In this document: piece by piece, positions 8,072 through 18,129 of the stretch
Position numbering within the stretch: the stretch's first letter is position 1
Layout of the letters: the number at the start of each line of letters is the position of its first letter
From: an uncultured Planctomycetaceae bacterium
GTDB taxonomy: Bacteria > Planctomycetota > Planctomycetia > Planctomycetales > Planctomycetaceae
Direction of reading: 5' to 3'
NCBI GenBank assembly: GCA_963815195.1
Contig: CAWFGE010000017.1
Span: 224,001 to 288,000 of the forward strand
Length of the DNA stretch: 64,000 bases
Translations under genes and position numbers: made by a program
Notes under the pieces: model-generated
Told to the model about the DNA's origin: nothing
Seen by the model: the letters and a program-made list of their open reading frames with translations, nothing else
Databases searched by the model: none

Positions 8072-10488
8072 TGATATTGCACCTCGATCGTGATTTCGGT
8101 CTTTATCGTGAGCGGAATGATCCATTCCATGAGCGCACCGCTTTCGCGGAGTCCGCCCGCATCTTTCAGTTTGCCAACAGAGACGCTCAAACCGGCCTCG
8201 TTCGTGAACGATCCGGCGGCTTTGCTCTTCAATGTCTTCCCCACATTCGCCCGGAACCAAAGCGGCTGCGACTCTTGGCCGGGCTTTCGCTTCTTGATTG
8301 TCAGTTGCCGGTTCAAGTTTTGCTCCCCTGCCGGGGCGATGCGGTCTTCGATGTCGAAGGAAGCAGAGCGGTACAAGAACGTCGGCACGCCGGCGGCATC
8401 CAATCTGTATCCCAGGTAGCGATAACTTGGATTCAAGCGGTCGTCCTTCGGCCAGCCTTCTTTATTGTCTTTCAACATCGCCAACGGCAAGCCGGCGGGG
8501 AACGAGATCAGATCATCGCCCAACGGTTCCGCGGGCGGCGTGAAGCGGCTGTACCACGTGCCCTGGGCATCCAAAAACCGACCCCGCCAGGCGACGGCGG
8601 GCCGGGCGGTCTCGGCATCAAACGCGAAGTGCACCTGCTGCGGAAAGCCGACCGCGATCGCATGCGTGCCGGCTTCCTTCATGAAGGTGCGAATCAAGAT
8701 CGGCTGCGATTTCGGTTTCAACTCAAAATCCTGCGAGCGGACCTGCTCGATTTTTTCGGGCAGCGGCTGTTTGTCGAGGTCTTTCAAATACGCCCACATC
8801 GCGGCGATCTGGCGGTCGGCGTCGCCGTGCAAAAGTTCAAGGTTTTGGCTCTTGCCTTTGGGGAAGAACGTGGGCATGCGCGTGCGGGGTTTGAGGCCCG
8901 CCGGGTTCAACAGAAAATCATGAAACCACGCCGGCTGCACCCGCTCGTCGATGCCTTCCAAATCGACGCCGACCACGCCCGGCAATGTCTCGCCGCGGAG
9001 CGGATGGCATTGTACGCAGCCGTTGTCCAACAACACGCGGCCGGCGTCGGTGAGTCCCGAAACCTTGCCGAAGACTTCCGTTTCGCTCGGCGGTTTGGCG
9101 GGATGATCGGCTTCGGCGAACAGGCCCGGCAACGTTTTGACGGCGCTCGCGGGAAACCGCGGCATGCGGATTCGCATGTGCGGCCGCACGTCGCCTGTGC
9201 CTTTGAGGACTTGATTGAGCCAACCGGTTTGCAGTTTGCGGCCCACGCCGGTCAGCAGGGGCGGCAAGCGGCCTTCATCGCCGATGTCCACGTGCCCGAC
9301 GGTTTCGAAAAACGGCCTGCGATACCGCCCCACGCCGCCTTGGTTCTCGCGCTCGTGGCAGGCATAACAGTTGAGCTTTAATAGCTGAAACGAAAGCCGA
9401 TCCCCCGCCGACGGTTTGAGCGGTTGGGAAGAAGTCATCAAGGCCTTGTTGACCGCGGCGGTTTGAACTCCGTCCAACTCAAAGTGCGGCCGTCCGCGCT
9501 GGGCTTCGCCGAAGCAGGAACGTTCCGAAGCTGTTGCCAGAGCCGATAACGGCTTCGCGGCCTGCATTTCCTTGACGCCCTTCACGTCATGGCAATTGAC
9601 GCACCGCAGTTCGGCGAACAAACGCCGGCCTTCTTGGATCAACGATTCGGGCGGACTGGGCGTTTCTTGTTGGGCTTCGGGCTTTTGATCGCGAAGCAGA
9701 TACGCCGCGATGTCGGCGGCATCGACGGGCTCTAATTTCAGGCTCGGCATCCGGCCGGCGGGGCGGGTTTTCTCGGGATCGAGCAAGAAGAACGTCAGCG
9801 ATTGGCGCGTGGACTTCGCGGGCAGATCGCCCAGGGGGATCGATTCGACCCGCCGGGCTTTCGCCGCCAGGCCCATCTCGGCGAGTTCCTGGGGATCGAG
9901 TTGCTCGAGCAACTGATCGAGCGGCGAGGGTTTGATCTCCACGGTTTCATAATCCGCATCCGCGGCATGGCAGGCAACGCAGCCGACTTGATGATAAAGC
10001 GACTTGCCGGCTTCGGAATTGCCCTTGTTCCAGAACTCAAACGGCACCGGATGCAGCCCGGATGCTTTGATGACCGGAAACGCTTCCCGTTGCGTTCCGA
10101 GAAACGCCGCGATCGCTGCAATCGCCCGGTCTCGTTCTTTATTGTCCCAACCGGCGAACATCTCCGGCATCGTGGTGCCCGGTTTGGTTTGTTGCGGGGA
10201 TGTGAGAAACCGCTTGATCCACGCCGGGTTGAGCCGGTTCCCCGCGCCATCGAGACGCGGCCCGCGTTTGGGCGGGAGTTGGCTGTTCTTCGTGGAATGG
10301 CACGCCGTGCAACTGAGTTCACTCAAAAGCAATCGGCCCGCTTGAAGTCCGCCGATTTCCTGATGCCGGGCGAAACGCTCGAAGCCGGCGACGAAGGGCG
10401 GCCTCCGCGGTTCGGCGCGGGCGGTTGAAACGAAGAGCATCCCCGCAATGAAGGCCGGTGCCCAATGTCCTCCACATTGCCAGTTCAT
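8065..10488 (-). CDS. multiheme (5 x CxxCH) c-type cytochrome
   Basis: Signal peptide; CTACH, CVACH, CVNCH, CYACH, CVQCH; class-I-type distal Met motifs TMPEM, RMPSL, RMPRF, RMPTF. Confidence 0.88.
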   Translation of the reverse strand: MNWQCGGHWAPAFIAGMLFVSTARAEPRRPPFVAGFERFARHQEIGGLQAGRLLLSELSCTACHSTKNSQLPPKRGPRLDGAGNRLNPAWIKRFLTSPQQTKPGTTMPEMFAGWDNKERDRAIAAIAAFLGTQREAFPVIKASGLHPVPFEFWNKGNSEAGKSLYHQVGCVACHAADADYETVEIKPSPLDQLLEQLDPQELAEMGLAAKARRVESIPLGDLPAKSTRQSLTFFLLDPEKTRPAGRMPSLKLEPVDAADIAAYLLRDQKPEAQQETPSPPESLIQEGRRLFAELRCVNCHDVKGVKEMQAAKPLSALATASERSCFGEAQRGRPHFELDGVQTAAVNKALMTSSQPLKPSAGDRLSFQLLKLNCYACHERENQGGVGRYRRPFFETVGHVDIGDEGRLPPLLTGVGRKLQTGWLNQVLKGTGDVRPHMRIRMPRFPASAVKTLPGLFAEADHPAKPPSETEVFGKVSGLTDAGRVLLDNGCVQCHPLRGETLPGVVGVDLEGIDERVQPAWFHDFLLNPAGLKPRTRMPTFFPKGKSQNLELLHGDADRQIAAMWAYLKDLDKQPLPEKIEQVRSQDFELKPKSQPILIRTFMKEAGTHAIAVGFPQQVHFAFDAETARPAVAWRGRFLDAQGTWYSRFTPPAEPLGDDLISFPAGLPLAMLKDNKEGWPKDDRLNPSYRYLGYRLDAAGVPTFLYRSASFDIEDRIAPAGEQNLNRQLTIKKRKPGQESQPLWFRANVGKTLKSKAAGSFTNEAGLSVSVGKLKDAGGLRESGALMEWIIPLTIKTEITIEVQYQW

Positions 10489-10696
10489 CCGATTGCCTCC
10501 GGGGTCGGCGTTCGCGTTTCAAAGGAGCTCGAGGATTTCGAGACTCCATCGTAGCGATTCCCGCGAAAACTGCGACCGGCCGGCGAAATCTCACAAAAGG
10601 CCTGCGCATTGCCTAAGGTGGGGTGGGTTGGGTTATGATGGGGCATGGACCTTTAACAATCCAAAACCCGCAGGCTCCCGACGGGGCGAGTTTTTT

Positions 10697-12121
10697 ATGT
10701 CGCATGTTTTGATCGTGGATGATGAGCCCAGCATTTGCTGGGGCTTCGAGCAGTTTCTGGGCGATGAGGGACACGACGTGAGCGTGGCCGCGTCTGCGGA
10801 AGAAGCGCTGCGGCTCGCGGGCGACCGCCGGCCCGATGCGATCGTGCTCGACGTGCGGCTGCCCGGCATGGATGGGCTGTCCGCCATCAGCCGTTTCCGC
10901 GACCGCCTGGGCAATGTGCCGATCGTGGTCATCACCGCCTTCGGCAACCTGGAAATCGCCGTCAAAGCGGTGCAGAAAGGGGCTTTCGATTATCTGCACA
11001 AGCCGTTCGATCTGGACCAGGCGTCCGCAGTGCTCGAGCGGGCTTTGGAGTCGTCCCGCGCTTCGGAAACAAAAGATGCGCAAAACCCGCCCGCCGCGGA
11101 GCCCACGGAGATGATCGGCGCTTCGCCCGCAATGCAGCGGGTCTTCAAGCAGATCGCCTGGGTGGCGGGCTCCAATGTGCCGGTGCTCATCACGGGGGAA
11201 AGCGGCACGGGAAAGGAACTGGTCGCCCGGGCCATCCATCGGCACAGCGCCCGCAGCGAAGCCCCGTTTCTGCCCGTGTGCCTCGCGGCCCTCAGCGAGA
11301 GCGTGGTCGAAAGCGAACTCTTCGGGCACGTGAAGGGAGCCTTCACCGGGGCGACGCAGGATCGCCGGGGCCTGTTGGAGCTGGCGGCCGAGGGCACGGT
11401 GTTTCTCGATGAAATCGCGGACACGACGCTGTCGCTGCAGGTGAAGCTCCTGCGGGCTCTCGAACAGAGGGAACTCACGCCGGTGGGCGACGCCCGGCCG
11501 CGTCCGATGGCCGCGCGGGTCCTGGCGGCGACGAACCGCCCGCTGGGGGAGCTCATCGAGCGCGGGGGTTTTCGGGAGGATTTGTATTTTCGGCTCAGCG
11601 TGTTTCAGATCCATTTGCCGCCGCTCAGGGAACGCCGGGAGGATATTCCCGCGTTGGTGGAAAGGTTCGCCTTGTCCGCGATGCCGGAGATGCGTTCGCC
11701 GATCATCACCGAAGAGGCGCTCGCCGAGTTGACGGGCCGCGAATGGCCGGGCAACGTACGGGAGCTGCGGAACGCCATCGAGCATGCGGTCATCGTGTCG
11801 CGGGGCGACGTGATCCGAGCCGACCATTTGCCGCCGCCCGCGCGGTTCGCGGCCGCTTCGCGAAGTTCGGAGGAGACGCTGCCGGAACAGATTCGCGGTT
11901 GGGTCGAAGAAACCGCCAACGGCGCCGAGCCGGCGAATCTCTATGAAGATTATCTCCGCCTGGTCGAGCCGCCGTTTTTGAAGGCGATCTTGGAGCGCTA
12001 CGGCCATAACAAAGCCGCCGCCGCCCAGGTGCTGGGCATCCACCGCTCAACGCTCCGCCAGAAACTCCGGCGGTACGACCTGGACGAATCGAGCGAACAA
12101 GATCGCCGCCAGGACGATTGA
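10697..12121 (+). CDS. sigma-54-dependent response regulator (REC-AAA+-Fis HTH, NtrC family)
   Basis: LIVDDE, DVRLPGMDG, GESGTGKE, ESELFGHVKGAFTGA, FLDEI, WPGNVRELRN, AAQVLGIHRSTL. Confidence 0.95.
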   Translation: MSHVLIVDDEPSICWGFEQFLGDEGHDVSVAASAEEALRLAGDRRPDAIVLDVRLPGMDGLSAISRFRDRLGNVPIVVITAFGNLEIAVKAVQKGAFDYLHKPFDLDQASAVLERALESSRASETKDAQNPPAAEPTEMIGASPAMQRVFKQIAWVAGSNVPVLITGESGTGKELVARAIHRHSARSEAPFLPVCLAALSESVVESELFGHVKGAFTGATQDRRGLLELAAEGTVFLDEIADTTLSLQVKLLRALEQRELTPVGDARPRPMAARVLAATNRPLGELIERGGFREDLYFRLSVFQIHLPPLRERREDIPALVERFALSAMPEMRSPIITEEALAELTGREWPGNVRELRNAIEHAVIVSRGDVIRADHLPPPARFAAASRSSEETLPEQIRGWVEETANGAEPANLYEDYLRLVEPPFLKAILERYGHNKAAAAQVLGIHRSTLRQKLRRYDLDESSEQDRRQDD

Positions 12122-12265
12122 AAACTCGGGTTCACAATCCAAGTGCGGGCGATTCTCCGTCGGACATGGACCGCAACGGCAATTCGCTTTTTTCGTACAC
12201 CGGACGGTTGATTGAGTCGCGGAGGGGAATCGAGTAGACTCTTTATCGCCGACCGTTTGCCCCGG

Positions 12266-12282
12266 CTGGCAAAGAAATCGCC
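12266..12282 (+). promoter_or_regulatory. putative sigma-54 (-24/-12) promoter
   Basis: CTGGCAAAGAAATCGCC: GG 12268-69, exactly 10 nt, GC 12280-81; 34 nt upstream of the DUF1501 start codon. Confidence 0.55.
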
Positions 12283-12315
12283 GCTCGAACCGTCAATTTG
12301 GACAGGGGCCTTTGT

Positions 12316-13719
12316 ATGAACGATTTCCAAATGAACCGGCGTCAGGCCCTCATCGCGAGCGGTTTGGGCACGTTGAGTCTCGGCATGCCGGGCATGGTGT
12401 TCGGGACCGACAAACTCGACGCGTCGGGCAATGCCGTCGCCTCGGACAAGTCTTGCATCTTTGTTCTGCTCTGCGGCGGGCCGAGCCATGTTGACACCTG
12501 GGACATGAAGCCCGAGGCCCCGCTCGATTATCGCGGCCCTTACGAGCCCATCGCCACCAAAGTGCCGGGCATGCGGATCAACGAGATGCACACGCGGTTG
12601 GCCCAGCTCACCGACAAGTTCACGCTGATCAATTCCATGTCGCATCCGGGGGCGATCAGCAACCACTTCGACGCGATGCACAATCTGCTCAGCGGTTCTT
12701 CAGAAAAGCGCGTGCAGCAGGGCCAGCCGAACGATCAACCTTACCTCGGCTCGTTCATTGCCAAGCACAAACCCAGCACCCGGAACTTCATTTCCAACGC
12801 GTGGCTTATCAAATGCGTCGGACCGCCCGTGTTTTGTGCGCCCAATATTGGCATCGGCGGATACCTCGGCTCGGCGTATGCGCCGCTGTTTGTCGGCGCG
12901 GCGGACAATCATCCGGCGATGAAAGACTTCAAACCGCCGGAGATTTATAACTCCTACGACGAGAAACGATTCGAAGTTCGCAAGTCGCTGCTCGCCGGCC
13001 TGGAATCGACGCGGTTGGATCGGGACAAGCAGGTGAAGGACTGGTCGGACCTGCGGGAAAAGACTTATGACGCATTGACGCGAGCCGAGGGCCGGGGGGC
13101 ATTCCAACTGGACCGCGAACCGGTCGAAGTTCGCGAACGCTACGGCATGCATCCGCTCGGGCAAAATCTGCTGCTGGCCCGGCGAATGGTGGAATCCGGC
13201 GTCCGCTTCGTCACCGTCAACGGCTGGACCGGGCAGGCCGAGCACGACAAACAAGGTCCGCCCAGCAGCAGTTGGGACATGCACGGCGGAAACATGGGGA
13301 TGGGCAACGCCTTCGGGACCGGCTCGTACGGCATGGGCTTTTGCTTGCCTCGTTTGGATCAGGCGCTGTCCGGGCTGCTCACCGATCTCAGCGAGCGCGG
13401 CCTGTTGGAGAACACGCTTGTCGTCGTGACCGGCGAGTTTGGCCGCACGCCCTATGTGCTCAAGCAGAACCCGCCTGGACGCCAGCATTGGCCCCGGTGC
13501 TTCTCCTCGATCCTGGCCGGCGCGGGCATCGGCGGCGGGAACGTGTACGGGAAATCCAACCGGTACGGCGAGTATCCCACCCAAAACCCGGTCCGCCCCG
13601 AAGAACTCGCCGCGACCATCTACCACGCCCTCGACATCCCCATCAACAATCCGCAGGACGCCAGCGGCATTTCCCGCACGCTGACCACAGGCAAACCGAT
13701 CATGGACTTGTTCGGGTAA
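12316..13719 (+). CDS. DUF1501 domain-containing protein (Tat-like N-terminus)
   Basis: NRRQAL; GGPSHVDTWDMKP, LLARRMVESGVRFV, WDMH, GEFGRTP, GRQHWP. Confidence 0.93.
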   Translation: MNDFQMNRRQALIASGLGTLSLGMPGMVFGTDKLDASGNAVASDKSCIFVLLCGGPSHVDTWDMKPEAPLDYRGPYEPIATKVPGMRINEMHTRLAQLTDKFTLINSMSHPGAISNHFDAMHNLLSGSSEKRVQQGQPNDQPYLGSFIAKHKPSTRNFISNAWLIKCVGPPVFCAPNIGIGGYLGSAYAPLFVGAADNHPAMKDFKPPEIYNSYDEKRFEVRKSLLAGLESTRLDRDKQVKDWSDLREKTYDALTRAEGRGAFQLDREPVEVRERYGMHPLGQNLLLARRMVESGVRFVTVNGWTGQAEHDKQGPPSSSWDMHGGNMGMGNAFGTGSYGMGFCLPRLDQALSGLLTDLSERGLLENTLVVVTGEFGRTPYVLKQNPPGRQHWPRCFSSILAGAGIGGGNVYGKSNRYGEYPTQNPVRPEELAATIYHALDIPINNPQDASGISRTLTTGKPIMDLFG

Positions 13720-13847
13720 TCCGACGAAAAGCCGGGAGGTCAAACGGAGCCCACACCGGCTCTGCGTTCTCGGCCCACCGACAGACTTTGCGGACGTTGC
13801 TTCTCAAACGCCCGATGATTTTCGAGACCAAATAATGAGAGGATGAT

Positions 13848-15005
13848 ATGACGGAGAGGAAACCAATCTACCGCGGCGCCCGCTGGCTTCTGGCGTTGTG
13901 GCTTTCGATTTCGGCGTCGGCGGCATCCGCGGCTTCCACGGACGAGTTGCTCAAGACTCTCAAGCAAGTGGACCGCGAAGGGCAAGGCAACGCCGCTGCC
14001 GCGAAAGCGCTCAAAGAATTGACCCAGCAGGATGCAAAAGTCCTAACCGAGATCTTGAAAGCCTTTGAAGGCGCGAGCCCGCTGGCGATCAATTGGCTCC
14101 GCAGCGCCTTTGAAACCATCGCCGACCAGAGCATCAAACAGAACAAACCGCTGCCCGTGAAGGCACTCAAAGCCTTCATCCTCGACACGAAACAAGACCC
14201 GAACGCCCGCCGATTGGCGTTCGAATGGCTCCGGCAGGTCGAGCCCCAAACGGCCGAGCGGATGATTCCCGGCTTTCTTTTGGACCCGAGCGCGGAACTC
14301 CGCTGGGAAGCCGTTGCGAAGTTGATCGACGAAGCCCGGGCGATCGATGCGAAGAAGACGCCGCGCTTAGCGATTGCGGTTTACCGGAAAGCCTTGAGCG
14401 GCGCGGTCGATCCCGACCAGGTGAAAAACATCGTCGAGCCGCTCAAGAAATTGGGTGTGGAAGTCGATTTGCCCAAGCATTTTGGATTTCTGACGGATTG
14501 GCAGATCGTGGGGCCCTTTGAAAACCGCGGGGGCGTGGGCTTTGCCGCGGTCTATCCGCCGGAGAAAGGCGTCGATTTCTCAGCCGCCTATCCCACGAAG
14601 TTTGACGACGGCTTTGAAGGCGCAAAGGTGCGCTGGCAGGCTTATCACACCGATGACAACTACGGCATCGTCAATATCCGCACGGATATCAAGAACTACA
14701 AAGGCTCCTGCATGTTTGCCGCGGCGACGTTCCACAGCGAGAAGCCGCAAAACGTCTGGCTCCGCCTGGGCACGCCGAACGCCTGGAAATTGTGGGTCAA
14801 CGGCGAACTGTTGTTTGCCCGCGAGGAATACCACCGCGGCACCCGGATGGACCAATACCGTGTGCCTGCAAAACTCAAAGCGGGCGACAATGTCATCCTC
14901 CTCAAGATCTGCCAGAACGAGCAGACGGACGATTGGGCCCAGGATTACCAGTTCCAAATCCGCGTCTGCGACCCCGCCGGCAGCGCGATCCTGCCCGATA
15001 AATAA
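13848..15005 (+). CDS. exported hypothetical protein (helical/HEAT-like N-terminus, beta-sandwich C-terminus)
   Basis: Signal peptide; WQIVGPF and KLWVNG..KLKAGDNVILLKI typical of carbohydrate-binding-like sandwiches. Confidence 0.75.
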   Translation: MTERKPIYRGARWLLALWLSISASAASAASTDELLKTLKQVDREGQGNAAAAKALKELTQQDAKVLTEILKAFEGASPLAINWLRSAFETIADQSIKQNKPLPVKALKAFILDTKQDPNARRLAFEWLRQVEPQTAERMIPGFLLDPSAELRWEAVAKLIDEARAIDAKKTPRLAIAVYRKALSGAVDPDQVKNIVEPLKKLGVEVDLPKHFGFLTDWQIVGPFENRGGVGFAAVYPPEKGVDFSAAYPTKFDDGFEGAKVRWQAYHTDDNYGIVNIRTDIKNYKGSCMFAAATFHSEKPQNVWLRLGTPNAWKLWVNGELLFAREEYHRGTRMDQYRVPAKLKAGDNVILLKICQNEQTDDWAQDYQFQIRVCDPAGSAILPDK

Positions 15006-15028
15006 ACCTCAGTCGTTCCAAAGGCGGA

Positions 15029-15099
15029 TGAGCCGCGCACGAAGTAAGCGGTATTGCGTTTTCCAGTTCCCTCAAACCGCTTACTTCGTGCGCGGCTCA
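15029..15099. repeat. REP doublet, family A
   Basis: Perfect 24-bp inverted repeat TGAGCCGCGCACGAAGTAAGCGGT at 15029-15052 / 15076-15099. Confidence 0.85.
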
Positions 15100-15138
15100 A
15101 AATATAGAACAATTCATCTCACCCAAAAGGATCTTGCT

Positions 15139-16338
15139 GTGAAATCTGTTTTGCTTTCGGTGTGTTTTGTGTGCTTGGCCGGGGCTGCGGCCTTCGGAGA
15201 CTGGCGGCAGTTTCGGGGGAACGATGTCAACGGCGTCGCCGAGAAACAAGCCGCTCCCGAGTCGCTGTCCGAGGTGGCGTGGAAAGCCGATCTCACCGGC
15301 CGCGGTCTGTCGGGGCCGATCGTCATCGGCGATCATGTGGTGGTCACCAGCAGCAGCGGGGTCGATCAAAATCGGCTGCACGTGCAGTCTTTCAATACGA
15401 AGACCGGCGAGGAAGAATGGCATCGGCAGTTCTGGGCGACCGGCCGCACGATGTGCCATCGCAAGATGTGCGTGGCCACGCCCACGCCGGCCAGCGACGG
15501 CGAGCGGATCTTCGCGTTTTATTCGTCGAACGATGTGATCTGTCTCGATCTCGACGGCAACCTGCTCTGGTATCGCGGGCTGACCTACGATTATCCCAAC
15601 GCCAGCAACAGCCTGGGCATGGCCTCTTCGCCCATCGTGGTGGACGACACGCTCGTGGTTCAAGTGGAAAGCGATGCAGAGGCTTTCGCGGTCGGCCTCG
15701 ACACCGAAAACGGCGTCGAGCGCTGGAAGATCGACCGCCCCCGCCGGGCCAACTGGACTTCGCCGGTGGTCTATCAAGCCTCCGCCGAACAGCCCAAGCT
15801 GGTGCTGCTCCAGTCCTCGAAAGGCGTGCAAGCGGTGAATCCCAAAACCGGCAAAGAGGTTTGGAACTACACGGACGGGGCCTCGACGATTCCCTCGTCC
15901 GTCGTGAACGGCAATTTGATTTTCGTGCCTTCGCACGGCATCACGGCGCTGCGTCCCAACCCGGAAAGCGAATCGCCGGAGATCGTGTGGCAAGTCGGCT
16001 ATCTCTCGCCCTCCACCGCCAGCCCGTTCGCCTACGACGGCAAGGTTTATACCGTCAACAGCAGCGGGGCCCTCACGTGTGCCGACGGCAAAGACGGCAA
16101 ACGCCTCTGGCAACTTCGCTTGAAAGGCCCCTTCAGCGGGACGCCGGTCGTCGCCAGCGGCAAGCTGTATTTCTTCAATGAAAAAGGCGTCGGCCAGATC
16201 GTCGCGCCCGGCGAAAAAGGCGGCGAGGTCGTGGATACGCACGACTTTGGCGAAACCTTCCTGTGCACCCCCGCTGTCTCCGGTGGGGCAATCTTTATCC
16301 GCAGCGATCAGCACCTCTATAAGATCGCCTCCGAGTGA
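15139..16338 (+). CDS. PQQ-binding-like beta-propeller (BamB-like) protein
   Basis: GTG start, signal peptide, DWRQFRG, PTPASDGERIF, ASSPIV, WTSPVV, repeated W-docking motifs. Confidence 0.88.
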   Translation: MKSVLLSVCFVCLAGAAAFGDWRQFRGNDVNGVAEKQAAPESLSEVAWKADLTGRGLSGPIVIGDHVVVTSSSGVDQNRLHVQSFNTKTGEEEWHRQFWATGRTMCHRKMCVATPTPASDGERIFAFYSSNDVICLDLDGNLLWYRGLTYDYPNASNSLGMASSPIVVDDTLVVQVESDAEAFAVGLDTENGVERWKIDRPRRANWTSPVVYQASAEQPKLVLLQSSKGVQAVNPKTGKEVWNYTDGASTIPSSVVNGNLIFVPSHGITALRPNPESESPEIVWQVGYLSPSTASPFAYDGKVYTVNSSGALTCADGKDGKRLWQLRLKGPFSGTPVVASGKLYFFNEKGVGQIVAPGEKGGEVVDTHDFGETFLCTPAVSGGAIFIRSDQHLYKIASE

Positions 16339-16387
16339 AGCGAGGTTGGAGGTTGGAGAATAGAGGTTAAAGGTTGGAGACGAAGCC

Positions 16388-16966
16388 ATGAATAAAGTGC
16401 TGATCATCGTGGGCGATGCCACCGAGACGGTGGATACGTTGTATCCGTTTTTCCGCCTGCAGGAGGATGGGTTTCAGCCGGTGGTGGCGGCGCCGGAGAA
16501 GCGGCGGTATCAGATGGTCTTGCACGAAGTCAAGCCGGGCTGGACGATCACCAAGGAATGGGAAGGCTACACGATCGAAGCCGACGTCGCCTTTCGCGAT
16601 GTCGATCCCGACGAGTACGTGGGCATTTTTTTCAGCGGCGGCCGGGCCCCGGAATATATCCGCGACGATCCCGATTTGATCCGCATCACCCGGCATTTTT
16701 TCGAGGCGAACAAACCGATCGCCAGCGTCTGCCACGGCGTCGAGATCCCCGCCCGCGCCGGCTGCGTGAAGGGCCGGCGAATGGCGACCGTGCCCAAGTG
16801 CCAGTTCGACCTGGAAGTCTGCGGCGGGATTTTCGTGAACGAGCCTTGCGTGATCGACGGCAACCTCGTCAGCGGCCGCACCTACCACGACCACGGCCAT
16901 TACATCAAACCTTGGATGCAATTGCTCAACCAAGCCCGCGAAAAGGCCCTCGCGAAAACGACCTGA
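16388..16966 (+). CDS. DJ-1/PfpI family protein
   Basis: GGRAPEYIR, nucleophile elbow SVCHG, DGNLVSGR. Confidence 0.92.
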   Translation: MNKVLIIVGDATETVDTLYPFFRLQEDGFQPVVAAPEKRRYQMVLHEVKPGWTITKEWEGYTIEADVAFRDVDPDEYVGIFFSGGRAPEYIRDDPDLIRITRHFFEANKPIASVCHGVEIPARAGCVKGRRMATVPKCQFDLEVCGGIFVNEPCVIDGNLVSGRTYHDHGHYIKPWMQLLNQAREKALAKTT

Positions 16967-17025
16967 CGTTCCGCGCACAGACACTTTAGGGCCTTTGTCC
17001 CTTTGGGGCCTTTGTCCCTCAAACG

Positions 17026-17652
17026 TCAGCACTGCATCATTCGCCAGTCGGGGTTTTCCAACAGGCCGGCCAGATTATCGTGAAAGATTCTTGCCGGGGC
17101 GACCGGGGAGATGGACACGTACCCGCCTTGGGTGCGTTCGATGATCCATCGCCCGCGCTTTCTGAGAACGGTCCGAATCTGCCGCCGGGGCAAAAAGAAC
17201 GCCCCGGGGTTGTCCATCAAGAGGTCCGGAAGCCGGCTGTTGTCCGCGTCGCCGAGATACCGCGGCCGCAGCACCCGGACCGGCCGGTCCGGCACGGGCG
17301 TGCCGCGGAACAACGGCGACAAGAAAAACAAAGGCGACCAGAGGAGCGAACCCAGCGACCACATCAGCGAGGCACCGGTGAAGGCCCCGTCGTCTCGCCG
17401 GAGGGCGTGGTCCATTTCGTGCGGCACGAAAAACAGGCCCTCGGTCGTGGCGTACAGCGTGCCCCACTCGGGCAGGAGTTTGCGGGGAATCCGCACTTCG
17501 CCCAACCGCCCGGTGAGATCGCCCATCACTTCCTGCAACACGTGGGGCGAAGGATCCTCGGCCGAGAGATCCATCACCAAGAGACACTCGGGACAGCGCT
17601 GGTCCAAAGGCTCCACCCAGGTGTAACAGTCGTGACACAAGAGAAACGACAT
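17026..17652 (-). CDS. hypothetical protein with N-terminal zinc ribbon
   Basis: CHDC...CPEC; hydrophobic segment; GTLYATTEGLFFVP. Confidence 0.65.
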   Translation of the reverse strand: MSFLLCHDCYTWVEPLDQRCPECLLVMDLSAEDPSPHVLQEVMGDLTGRLGEVRIPRKLLPEWGTLYATTEGLFFVPHEMDHALRRDDGAFTGASLMWSLGSLLWSPLFFLSPLFRGTPVPDRPVRVLRPRYLGDADNSRLPDLLMDNPGAFFLPRRQIRTVLRKRGRWIIERTQGGYVSISPVAPARIFHDNLAGLLENPDWRMMQC

Positions 17653-17831
17653 AGAGTTGTCCTGACGCCGCCTTTCGCGAACCGAAGCGATTGGCCGCGG
17701 GTCGCCCAAATCCAAGGGCCGCTCGGAATGGCACGGAGGATTCCCACTTTCTAAACTGAAGGGCCGATCGCGCCGCGGTTTCTTTTACTGTAGGCCTTCG
17801 CGGTCCAGGAAACAATATCGGTAAGGTTCCT

Positions 17832-17904
17832 TGAGCGGCACGGGGCGAGCTGCCGGTGATTTCAAAACCGGCGGCTCCCCACCGAGTGGGTACCCGGCCG
17901 CTCA
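17832..17904. repeat. REP doublet, family C variant
   Basis: TGAGCGGCACGGGGCGAGCTGCCGGT ... ACCGGCGGCTCCCCACCGAGTGGGTACCCGGCCGCTCA; arms match the TGAGCGG...GCCGGT unit at 30597-30622. Confidence 0.65.
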
Positions 17905-17937
17905 CGAAGACGGCCTTTGAAACAAGGGGTTTATCGG

Positions 17938-18117
17938 ATGGCACTCAACAAGAAGCAAAAAAAGCAAATGGAAGCCGCCCGCAAGAAACAGGCCCAAGTC
18001 CGGCAGCAGCTTGCCGGGTCGAAAAAGCAGCTCGACGATCCCGCCGAGGTGGAGCGGCTGCAAAAGGAACTCGACGCCATCGACGCCGAGATTGAAAAGA
18101 TCCAACAAGGCGGCTGA
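17938..18117 (+). CDS. small Lys/Gln-rich coiled-coil protein
   Basis: 59 aa, MALNKKQKKQ...; AAGGGG RBS upstream. Confidence 0.7.
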   Translation: MALNKKQKKQMEAARKKQAQVRQQLAGSKKQLDDPAEVERLQKELDAIDAEIEKIQQGG

Positions 18118-18129
18118 CGGTTGCATTGA

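Noticed and set aside
14518..15138. N-terminal 207 aa of the 606-aa ORF (likewise 50458-50775, 3728-3928, 19244-19627)
   Set aside because: These extensions overlap neighbouring genes or intergenic DNA; downstream starts fit signal peptides or family N-termini better.
17832..17915. Three-way-junction riboswitch (superficially guanidine-III-like GTACCCGG...AAGACGGC) upstream of the small Lys-rich gene
   Set aside because: The pairing is explained by an inverted family C REP doublet, and the 5' strand needed for the guanidine-III pseudoknot is missing.
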